64,000 nucleotides of DNA from Lama glama (lineage: Eukaryota), in contig CM052828.1 in assembly GCA_028534125.1 (NCBI GenBank), positions 9,114,001 through 9,178,000 of the forward strand. The letters are read 5' to 3'. The position numbers and the translations under genes are program-made. Below are positions 38,056-49,300 of this stretch, piece after piece. Below the pieces are notes generated by a model. That model was not told the origin of the DNA and made no database searches. It was given only the letters and a program-made list of their open reading frames with translations. Every line of letters begins with the position of its first letter. The first letter of the stretch is position 1.

Positions 38056-41000
38056 ATCAGCAGATGAATTTTAGACCTAGGAAAAGATTGTATAAAATCC
38101 ATGTTCTTGATTTCCTTAATAATAGACTGATTTCAGTAAAGATCTGGCAACTCAAAACTTTTCAAATTATTTAAACCATTGAGCTCCACTGTCCAACTGA
38201 AACTTATTTTTCCCTTGGTGCAGAATCTTGGGAAGGTTACTGCCAGAGTCCTTAAGTCTGCAGTGACAGGGATCTAACTTTAACAATGCACCTCTAGGTG
38301 AGCACATTGCTGGGGACTGACTCATGGTAACCAAAGTCTTCAGAAACACCTTGCTCTCACCCACGTTCCTGGGAGATTGGCTTCTTCATGAAATAGGTGC
38401 TGTGGAGTCTGCCCCAGAACCGGGAGAGACAGTCTTGAGAGGTACTTTGGGACATCACAGTTTATTGCTCTCCCTTGGGAGATTTGGGATAAACACTGCT
38501 GAAAATTCTTGTTCTTTGGGTTCCCCTTTTCTAGGATAAATCTACCTTGCAAAAACAATTTTTTAAAAACTCTAATCACCTTTATTATCAGATCCGGATA
38601 CTGATTCCAAACCTCTGCAGCAACAGGTATTCCTTTTCTCTAAGTTCTAGCCACTCCCTGTTTATATATCTGTGTCCCCCAGGGTGAAATAAACACTCAT
38701 TACGCTGCACCTTATATAACTTTGCCTGCACAAAAAGCTCTTTGAGAGCAGGGATCCTTTTTAATTGTTGTCCCATATCCATTTACTGTCTGATACAAGA
38801 TCGATGCTCAAAAAATACTTACAAAAGGAGTGAATGAACAGTAGATGTTGGTTACCTCATGTATGTATTCAAACTATTTTCATTCACAGAAAGTGACTTC
38901 ACAAACCTTAATGAAAACTTACTTCACCTGTCATGTACTAAGGGCACCTCTTTGGACCACCCAAGGATATATGCTTCTTGAGGAGGTAAACTTTTGACTG
39001 CTTTTCAAACTGGACTCACTTGATCCTTTGGTCATCCTCCCTGGAGCTATGGGCTAAAACGTCACAAATTGCCCACCATCCCTAGCATCTGTCCCTCATC
39101 TTACCACAGAGCTATGTTCTGAATCTAAATGTGTACCTAAGAATGGCAGACACATGTCCATGAACAGGCAAAATACATCCCTAAAACGACCCCTGTCCTT
39201 AAAAAAAAAATACTGGTTCTAGTTTTTCATCTTTCTCAGCTCTATACTGAAAATCAACTTGATTTCATACAAATTAATGAAAACTGACATGTTTGAACAA
39301 GAGGTTAATTACTAGCTACAGTGAGCACATGGAATAGAAGTAATAACAGCTTCTGAAGTGCCAGGTAATTGCTGGCAAACAGAAAAGACTGTCTTTGAAT
39401 TGAAATTTGGAGGGGGGAGGAGTCAGTTTTAATAGGACTTTGGGGTTTTAAAAAATCCCTAGGAAAGATTTCAGCTGTCATCTTTATTATGGAAATTAAT
39501 CCTAGCATCAAAACTAGCTGAGGACTGAGTATCAGGCAGGAAGTGCTGACCAAGTAATTTTCTAACCTGAGAAAGTGTTATATTAGCATGTAAGTTACAC
39601 CAAACATTTTAGACATTAAAGATACATTATTAAAATACATTGTTTGCTTCTCAATATATTAGCAAACAGTTTATGTAAAACAAACTCAGATATTGAAAAT
39701 CTACTCAACTTTGAATTCTAACCCTGATTTTGTTACACTAATAGTAAAATTATAATCATGAATCTCACTAAAACTGCATAATTTGTGAGAAAGTCCTTTC
39801 TATTCTCTCTGCTCCTGTTTTTCCTAATCAAAGGCCAAGTTTTCCATTTAAATTTTTTATAAAAATTGAGCACCTATTCATTAGTTGAGTTTGTTTTTGT
39901 GCCATAAATCATTACTTGTTCAAACATTTAGTGATTTTTTTTTAATTCAGGAAAGCTCTAAGTGTTGCACAAGTTATATGAATATCTGAACTTATATGGA
40001 CACACATATGAGACATACATAAATATCAGTTCATCTGAATTACTCTCCAATTTAAGACCTGACCAGAGGACTACTGCGATTGAATACTGAATTCTAAGGC
40101 AGCACAATAAAATCACAGGCCACAGTTTAACAACATGGATGGAGAGAGAATGATGGTAACATAGAATGATAATAGTTCACATGCATTAAGGCCATATTAG
40201 GCTGCAGCAATTCATATGAGAGAGGGTAGGGGAAACAGGTATGAAATAATTTGAGGATCCCGTCTGGTTAAGAGTTATTTTCTTTTTTGAAGGCATTTTT
40301 CAGACTAAAGGCAGTTGAGAGGCCACAGACATCTTAGTAGCCTCCTCTTCTGGTCCAGACAAGATTTAAGCCAGGTCACCCAACTTCAAAGGGCTGCCCC
40401 TGCGGAAGCCCAGCGCTACTCTTTCCCTGCTTGAGCTTCAATCTCAGAAAAGAGGATCAAAACGGCAGACTCCAGGAACAAACACTGCACTGGCCTCTTT
40501 ATTTTGGAAGAAAGGCAAAGAGTACGAGATTTTCGGTCACTTTGTCGAGGAAACCACATCAGAAGGGATGTACAGAGGGTGAGGTCACGTGAGTGCTGGG
40601 CAGTCCTGTCCCCGCCGAAGCAGCCCGGGCTCTCGGCCAGACTTGCTCGCGTCCCCAACGGAGTTCACTGCTGAGGCCATCAGTGTCCCCAGAAGATCAC
40701 AACAGCGTCGCCAGGTTGGGGAGGGCTCCTGGAAAGACTTCCAAAAGCGGCGTGAGGCTGAGGCTAGAGGAGGGCAGAAAAGCTCCTTCCCTCCACCAGA
40801 TAGAGGTATCTTGCAAAATGGGGCGTCTGGTGCCTGCCTGCATCCGACCTGGCTGTTACCACAATCAAGATGTTACCAGAGCTCCTGTGTTGCCTTCATA
40901 TTCAAAGGCACAGGAATTCCGGGGTGCAAAGGGATTGCTGCTTTCCAGTGAATTAAAGTTGCTGGTAAATTTATACAAATTAGTTTCATATTGAACAAAA

Positions 41001-41689
41001 TCCGTTTCTGCGCTCCTCCTGCACCCAGCACGGATTTCCAAGATGCTTCCCAACTTCCTCTTAACGTCCGACTCCAACAAACGCTTTCATCCCCACTTTC
41101 TGTTGAAATACTTCAATTTTCCCATTAAAGTAATGCATACCCAGATCGATGGGTGAACACGTTAATAAAGAACACCTAAGAGATTTTTGGCAGGTAAGAT
41201 TAACAACCATTTCCATTCAAAATAAGGAAGAAAGCAGTAACTAACCATTTCTTAAAATGGCCCTTTGAATGGTTTCGGGGGTCTGCTTCAGAAATTTAGG
41301 GATGGGTGTTAACAAAAATAGAAACAGACAAAAGCAGAAATGTATATGCGATGTGTGTGTGTACGTAACATTTAATACTTTTTAAAAAACTCGGCTTGCC
41401 AGTTACCTCTGCAGGCGCCAGAGCTCCCTAATTTCCAAGGGCCCTTTCTTCCCTTACCCCTTCTCTACCCTCACCTCTACCTCCATGTTAAAGCTCCTGG
41501 TTTCTCCCTGCACCCCGCCCTGCTTGCTCCCTACCTGATGCACCCCGGATCCAAGGATTTCCCTCCTCACGTGCCAGCCCACCTGCCCAGCCCCCAGTGC
41601 CAAGCCTCACCACTGTCCCACTCAACGTCCCAGTCCCCATCGCTGCCACCTGCGTTCCTTCCTCTTCCTGGGTCACTATCTCGGCGTTC

Positions 41690-42650
41690 CTGGACCTGCT
41701 CCACACCGTGGCTGCCGGAACCCGTCGGGGAAGACCTCTCGTGGGGACTGCGAGCACCACGTGCGACCCTAAAACTCCAGATCTCTTCTCCCGCCCTACC
41801 GGGCCACATGCACCAGAACCCAGGCGGGCCACCCAAAATGAGCGAGGACACGGCGCCACCACGCATTAGGAGGCTCCAGCTCAAACTAGGGGCCAACCCG
41901 CTGCTACTTGTCCTCCTTCTGGGAGGAGGTGGAGGTGTGTGAGCCGGGGAAGGGTTGCGAGCCGCGCCCTTCGGCGGGCGCCGTCAAGGTGCCGCGGCCT
42001 GCGCTGCCCCGAGGGCGCCGCGTAGCTCTCCCGAGCCAAGGTTCTCAGGAGCGGGCCGCGGAAAAGACGTTAGCGGGAGGAGTTAGCGGCTGTTGGGAGA
42101 ACGGGTTCAAGGAAACAGTCCCTTCCAAACCCCGGCCATCGCGGGGTGGGCCGCCTTCCTCCCTCCCAGGCCGGAGACGCCTGCCACAAGGGGCGCGTGT
42201 GCCCACGGCGACCGCCCGCCCGGGCATGCCCGGGCAGGGCCGCGCAGGAGGAGACGGGGGCCGCCGGTTGGCGGTGCATCGGCCCGGAGCGTGTCAGGTG
42301 AGGGGGTCGCCATAGCGATGCGGCCCCGTAGCCCGCGCGCCTGCAGCGGTCGGCATGGAAACGGCCCCCAGCGGGGACCAGGAGCGCCGCTGATTGGTCG
42401 ATTCAACAGACGCGGGCGGGGCAGGGGTTGAAAGTAATCAGCGCTGAGCGCCGGGCAGCCACTGCTGGGAGCCCGGCGCCCCGGCTGGAATCTATTAACA
42501 CCTCGGTCCCCTTCCGCCCCGCCCCCGCCCCGCCCCTTCAGGCGGCCCCTCACTCCCAATCCTCGTGTGCGCTTGCTAATTGTTCCAGACAAACATCAAG
42601 ATATAAGGCCGAGAAGAGCGAGGCCCGCTGTGGGTTCCAAGCAGGTTTTG
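41690..42650 (+). promoter_or_regulatory. CCNA1: CCNA1 CpG-island promoter (TATA-less; X-boxes, inverted CCAAT, tandem GC boxes)
   Basis: CpG-dense block directly upstream of the coding exons. CTGATTGG at 42390-42397, tandem CCGCCC at 42514-42536, X-box-like 14-mers at 42306 and 42349. Confidence 0.85.
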
Positions 42651-43138
42651 GGGTCCTCTGTCTTGTGGGAGGAGGGCCGTGGAAGAGAACTCAGCTTGTC
42701 ACTTCGGAAGGGGGCGTACTTTCCCACAGTGATGTATCTTGGGTCATATGTTTGCAGGCAGGAGGATGGTAGGGTGTCAGATAAGCATCATAGCCGGGAA
42801 AGTCACAGGCTTGTAGGTTTGGTCTCCCCGTTAACCTAGGGCTTTAGTGTCCTGGCTTTGACGTTTGTCTGATGTCTCTCTCCTTCCAGCCTTTCCATAC
42901 CCAGGTCTTGGAAGAAAGCCTGGGGAGATTCAAATCACTGTTTTGGTTCAAAGCAGCTTTGATCGCTTGTACGGTGGCTCATGCCCTTTCAGCCCTAATA
43001 ACTGTAGGAAAAGCTATATGTCTCTGCTCTCTCTTCTAGGGATTCGCTGCATCTTTGGAGCCTTCAGTGGAAGACTCTGACTAACCGGCTTGTCTGTTTT
43101 TCCTTCCCCGAGAGCAGCAGCCTGTGGAGACTGAGGCT

Positions 43139-43303
43139 ATGCATCTCAGCAGCTCCAAGAGCGGAGCAGTGCTGGGTCCAGATTCCCAAGGTCCTGATGC
43201 CTATCAAATGATAACCAGAGCCCAGCTCGGCCAGGATCCGCCACAAAGAACAGTACTAGGGGTGCTGACTGAGAATGGGCAGTACAGGAGGACCTGTGGC
43301 CAG
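43139..43303 (+). CDS. CCNA1: CCNA1 first coding exon (human exon 2 equivalent; exon begins at about 43115)
   Basis: [55 protein letters not shown]; donor CAG|GTAATG; D-box at 43247-43276. Confidence 0.9.
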
Positions 43304-46300
43304 GTAATGACTGAGAAGTGCTGGGAAGGCTGCTTGTGAAGAAGGGCTGTCCTGTCATGGAGGGAGGTGGATTTCTCTCACGGTTTTACCTACCAATTCC
43401 CCTTGAGTATTCTAACCCTGGAATCTAGACTACAGGGACATTGATTTTTTTTTTTTTAAAGATCACTTTGTCTGGTTCCTTTTCCAGATAGAAATACTGA
43501 ATAATTTTCTCTGTCATTTTCCCAGCATCAAGGAAATAGGTCTGGGAACTGTTTAAGTATGTGTAAAGTCATTTAAGTTGTGGGCTAAAAGGAAATGTGA
43601 ATGCTCCCAAATGAACTATGGAAGTGGGGCTCCCCCAGGTTGGAGTGGTATTCAGACTGATCTGGGCTGGGCCTAAAGCATTATGGATAACCTTTGTTAC
43701 ATTAGTTGGCGATGGTGTTAGAATCAGGATTGGATCAGGCTAGAGCAGATTACTTCAAAATGCATGCTTTGAAAGTAGACTTCTCCCCAGGACTGACAAA
43801 GGACAGTTGGGCAAACAGATCTCAGGCCATCTGATCTTAGTTGCTTGAGCTTAACTGATCATAGGTACCTCCCTTACCAGATTGGCAACAAATTCAGACA
43901 CTTAAAATGCAAATGAGGGGTTTGGATCCTTAAGAATGGATTTTGAAAAAAAAAATCTATTATGAAAGAAAAAAAAAAAAGAATGGATTTTGAGATTAAA
44001 AAAAAGCTTCTTCAAGTCTGTTATTAGACAAGCCTCTCATAACCATGCCTTAAGCCTGTATGGTGCATCTGTAGTGGAGTGACGTTGGCAATAGTACCGT
44101 GAAGTAGGTAGGCAGATATTCTTTCCATTTCATAAGTGAGATAATTTGAGACGTTTAAGAAAGCCACCCCCACCCCACCCCACCCCCGCCGAAAAAAAAA
44201 AAAGTCATGATGGAGGCCAGATCAGAAGCTCCTCCTTATCTACTGACTGTTCAAGTCATCTGTGTTTTGGTGGCATCTGATTAGTGAGAGAAAAATACCC
44301 AAGGTAATCTGTTTCAAGCTTTGGAAAAAATTGAGTAAAGATGGTTTTAAGAGACTTAATGTGCTTAGCAATGTTTACTTCTTTAAACTTCAAGTCTAAA
44401 ACCTCTTAAAATCGGCAGTTATGCCTATGCTGAGTGGGCTCACTTTAAATTCATAACCTTTAGTTAACACTCTTATGTTGCCTGGTGCTACCTTTACACT
44501 CCTGTATATTCCTCTACAAACTTCTTATAGAAATCTGTTTTATACTTTCCCTTTTCTCTCTATCCTCCACAGCCTCTATCTCCATCCTTACTCTCAGCTA
44601 ATGCCTTTATATCCTATTTTCCTAAAAACGTAGATGCAACCAGAAGAGAACGCCCACATGCCCCCATGTACCATAGACTCTGCCATCCCCTCCTGCTGCA
44701 CAGCTGATGTGTCCCTGGCTCTTATGCGAGGTGAACCTTCCATGTGTGCAGCACACCTTATGCCCTCCTGCCTCTTCAAGGATATCATTCTAGCAACTTT
44801 TCTTTCTCTTTGTAGATTTCTCTCCTCTACTAGGTCAAACCCAGAAGCATGCAAATCTATTGTGGTAATTTTTTCAACCTTAAAAACCTTTCAACTACAA
44901 AGCTCCTTGCAGCAACTGTCCCATTTATAGCAATATTTCTTGAGCGTTTGTCTATCTTGCTAGACTATAAACTCCATCAGGATGAGAATTTGGGATGTCA
45001 GGTTGTCTGCTGTGTTCCCAGTGTTTAGAACAGTGCCTAAACTTAGAAATACAAGTATTTGTTGGATGAATTCTTCTCTTATTCTCTTTGACTCAACTCT
45101 TAATCAGTTCCTTCCTTTCTTGACTGATTAGCAGCATTTGACGTTGTTGATCATTCTTTATTGCCTGATGTTTCCTCTCACTCAGCTTGGAGAACATGGC
45201 TCTCTGCTGGTTTTCCACTGAGCTCACTAGACATGTCTCCCCAATATCTTGGCTCTTCCTTATCCAACCTCTAAAAGTTAGAGTGTGCCAGGGCTTAGTA
45301 TCCAATCTGAATCTGCACTCCCTCCTTCCCTCAGCAATCGCTTCAAGTCTCCTGGCATCAAGTGCCATCCACCCGTTGATGACTCATTCTTTTACCTCTG
45401 GACCTCTCAGCTATGTTGCAGGCTCACAGAGTCAGCTGCCTTCTGGATGTCTCCACTCATATCGTACAGTAGGCATCTCATAGTGCCGCAAAACCAAACA
45501 CCAGCCCTGGCCTCACCCTGCTCTCCCCAAAGTCTTCCTCATCTCAGGAAATGGAATGTCCATCCTTCCTGTTACTCAGCCCCCAAAACCTTTGTCAACC
45601 TTGACTCTTCTTTTTCTCCCAACCCCACATCTAATTTGCTGAAAAAATACGATTGGTTCTACTTATGAAAAAGTCTAGAATCTCATTTCTCATCCTTCCT
45701 GGTCTAAACCTCTGTTGTGTCTTACCCAGAATCCGCAAGTTGTATGACTGGTCATCTTACTCATCCTCCTTGCTCTCTGTACCCATACACGGCCGAGACG
45801 ATCCTTGTAAAACATAGGTCAGATCATGCCACTCCTTTGCCCAGAACTCTGCAGTGGCCGCCCATCTCTGAATAGGAACAGTCCTTAGATGGCCTGTGGT
45901 AAGGCCCACGTGCTATGGCTTCTTTTTTCTTTTTGATTTCGACTCCCTCTCTCGCTCTGCCCTGTCTGCTCCTTGCTGTCTCTGAGACACACTTCAACGT
46001 CAGAGTGTTCATCCACGCTGTTCCCTCTGCCCAGAATGCTCTTCCCCCTTCTGTCTGTGTGACTTACTCCTTACCTTGTTCATATCTTTGCCCAACTCTG
46101 TCCTCTTCATGTTATTATTCAAAGCACTTATCACCGCCTGACTGACAGTATCTTTTCTTGTTTGTCCTCCCCACCCCACCACCAAACTCCATGAGGGCAG
46201 TCCTTTTTGAACGTTTTATTCACTGCTAAATGGGGACCTAGAATAGTGTCTGGCACATAGAATATGTTCGGCAAATCTTTGTTTAATGAATATATGTCTC

Positions 46301-49300
46301 AATCCACGTACATTTATATCTCTATGTAGCAAAAGTCAAACTTGGTAGTAATTTAGAGTCATAGTTATCTGGCTATAATAACTTCTGATTTGGGCCCTTT
46401 ATAGTCCCTGTGATTTTTTTCCCCCCAGTATTACATAAAGCACTTTTTGTTTACTAGACATTAGCTACATGTTTAACTTGCTAGATGGAAGGGAAAGTTG
46501 TGGAGCCGCATACTAACCTGGAAGTAGCCTCAACAGTAAACACCAAGATTAATTACAAACAAGAAAAGGTTAATGCAGTAGCTCCACCCAGTATTTGCAT
46601 AAATAGAATGCAGATTCATAAAGCCTGCCCACCTGTCCTGGCCCAGCTGACCTTCAGGCCATCCAACATGATTCACCTTAATGGGCAATGGTGTTTGATT
46701 CATTCCCATTGTTCCCATTGTTAATTGCGCAGGAACCAGGGAGAAGCAACTGAGGGTTAGGTTTCCCTAAGGGTGATTACATTATGTCATGTAATAAGAT
46801 TCTCTGGCTTGTGAGAGAATTTAGTAGTACAGGTTTCTAAAATCATCACGTTTCTAAATAACTGGGTATAAAAGGGAACTTTACAGGGGCTTGTTGACCA
46901 AAAGTTTACTATTTAAGGAGGACTGTAGGAACTCTGTAAGATGTGTTAGGAACCACGCTGGGTTGGTATAAAAGTGTGTAATGCTACAAGCGCGACAGCC
47001 GATTCCACAGTCCCCCCCACGTGTGGTACCTATCTCACTCTGGAAGTCAGCTCTTAGCTTTTCTTTTTTTTCTATCATCTTGAGTTTTCTTTGATAAATA
47101 TGTGAGGAGGATGACAAATTTTAGGTAGCTCTTTTCCCAAATGTCAAATGTAGACAAAGATAAGGGAGAAGTCATTTTGGGGAAGCTTCATTTTCTGAAA
47201 TTAAACTACAGACATAGATATTTCAGTGTAAGATTCTGCTCGTCTTCCCATCCTGCTGGTTTGAAATCACAGGGGATTTCTTAGCACCTATGTGGTCTAC
47301 AGGGTGGCATCTAACAAAAAAAAGTAACCCTTTTCTAGGGGCTCACAACACTCAAGTGTTTCTCTGGATCAGAAAATGTCTGGCCTCCAGCTGGAAAGAC
47401 AGCGCTCTCCGACCATGGAGTTCACGTACCCGCCAAGCAAGGGTTTGACATCTACATGGATGAGCCTGAGCAGGGGGACAGAGACAGCTGCGTGGGGCAA
47501 GAGGGGATGGCGTTTGAGGAGCCCTACGAAGTAGACACCAGCACGCTCAAGTCAGACCTTCACTTCCTGCTGGATTTTAACACAGGTGATCTGACTCATG
47601 TAGGGTTGAGGGTCCCCTGTGTTCATAATCACCCGCAGTGTCCACTAGCATATAACTAGCAAGAGAAAACCATGAAGTAATAAATGATTTTCACAACTGC
47701 CTGCGTGGAGGGTTAGTGGATGGAACCTGTGTTTACAAGTTAAATGTCTTAACCCGATAATGTTAACTCTCCTGCAGTTTCCCCTATGCTGGTGGATTCA
47801 TCTCTCCACCCGCAGCCTGAAGATGCATCAGATTTTGGTACAGATGTGATAAATGTGACTGAATATGCTGAAGAAATTCATCAGTACCTTAGAGAAGCCG
47901 AAGTGAGTTTTCCTAACTTCCCCGATTTCCAGCACCCCAAGCACTTCCTGTTAAGACAGTTATAAGCTCTTGGCCACAACCATTAGTGAATGGCATTCTT
48001 GTGACATCCAAACCTAAGAATGCTGTGAAAATCGTGAGGTGAGTAGCAAGTAGATCCTATCTCTGTGACCCAGAGGGTCTGTATATTAAGAATTTCACTC
48101 TCAGGAATGGCCATCATTGCCACTTTCCACCTCCTTTAAGTTATTTATTAACTAATTGCATTACACAGAGCCAGGATTTCACGCTTTCTTCCATGCCACG
48201 GTAAAGATTTCTTTGGCAATGAGCTTTTTCAAAACAGCAGCTGTACTGTGGAGCGATCTTTCTAACAAAGCAACTATTTAAACGTGAAAACTCTTTCCCC
48301 TAACAGGTAAGACACAGGCCCAAGGCGCACTACATGAAGAAGCAGCCAGACATCACGGAAGGCATGCGCACGATTCTGGTGGACTGGCTGGTGGAGGTGG
48401 GCGAGGAGTACAAACTCCGGGCGGAGACCCTCTACCTGGCCGTCAACTTCCTGGACAGGTTCCTGTCGTGCATGTCTGTTCTGAGAGGGAAACTGCAGCT
48501 CGTAGGAACGGCAGCTATTCTGCTGGCTTCGTAAGTGTTCTGCAGCTTGAATAATGAGGGACTTTCAGCCTGTCTACACACTTGATTTCCGTTCCCATTT
48601 ATTGAAGAAACGCAGTGCTTGACAATGAAAGCTTGTGCATGCCTCCTTTGAGAAAATATCATTTTTACGATATTTACTGAGAAGCTGAATCTTACCATGT
48701 GTTCACTCTTCAGTTGAGATGTTTAAGATCCTCTTAACAGCAAGTCCCATATCATAAGGAAGGCAGCCCTCGGCTCCAGTTAAGGATCTAATGTAACTGT
48801 TTTGTGGTGTAGTCTTTTACTTGTATTCTATTGTGAGTAAAAATTCCTATTTAAAGAGACTTCAGTTATAGAAAAGCCTGCTTCCTGATCTAGTGAGTGA
48901 CCCATAATAACCCAGTTTATTTGGTCACAGTGAATAAACTAGTCTAGCTGGTTCCTGTTACTATCAGTCATTCATAACGATACCTAATTATGTAGAAAAG
49001 GGCTGGTTGTGGCTAAGCTTCTTTTGAATAAGTGACCTGCTGGTGAGTAGTGGTATTTTTTCTGTTCTCGTCTGAGACGTTATACGTATTAATGCCAAAA
49101 AATTTGCAAAAATTTCTCTACAGAAAGGAGAAACAAAAGCAAAAGCAAAGAATTGGTAACAGTGAAGTTGTCCCAGTATCTTTCTCTTGGATATAGAGCA
49201 TCTCTTGATAATTCAATAGAGAAAGCTGAACTTGATCTTTTTTTAAAAATACCTAAGACCTAAGGCATTTTTTTCTACCACTGTGTTCAACATAACATTC

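Noticed and set aside
42414-42433. CDE/CHR cell-cycle element (GGCGG...GTTGAA)
   Set aside because: The CHR is non-consensus (GTTGAA rather than TTTGAA) and the spacing does not fit the 4-nt rule.
40416-42772. Numerous 80-160 aa ORFs upstream of CCNA1
   Set aside because: They overlap in several frames on both strands in GC-rich promoter DNA and show no protein similarity.
44594-46145. ORFs in CCNA1 intron 2
   Set aside because: They lie within a decayed L2 element.
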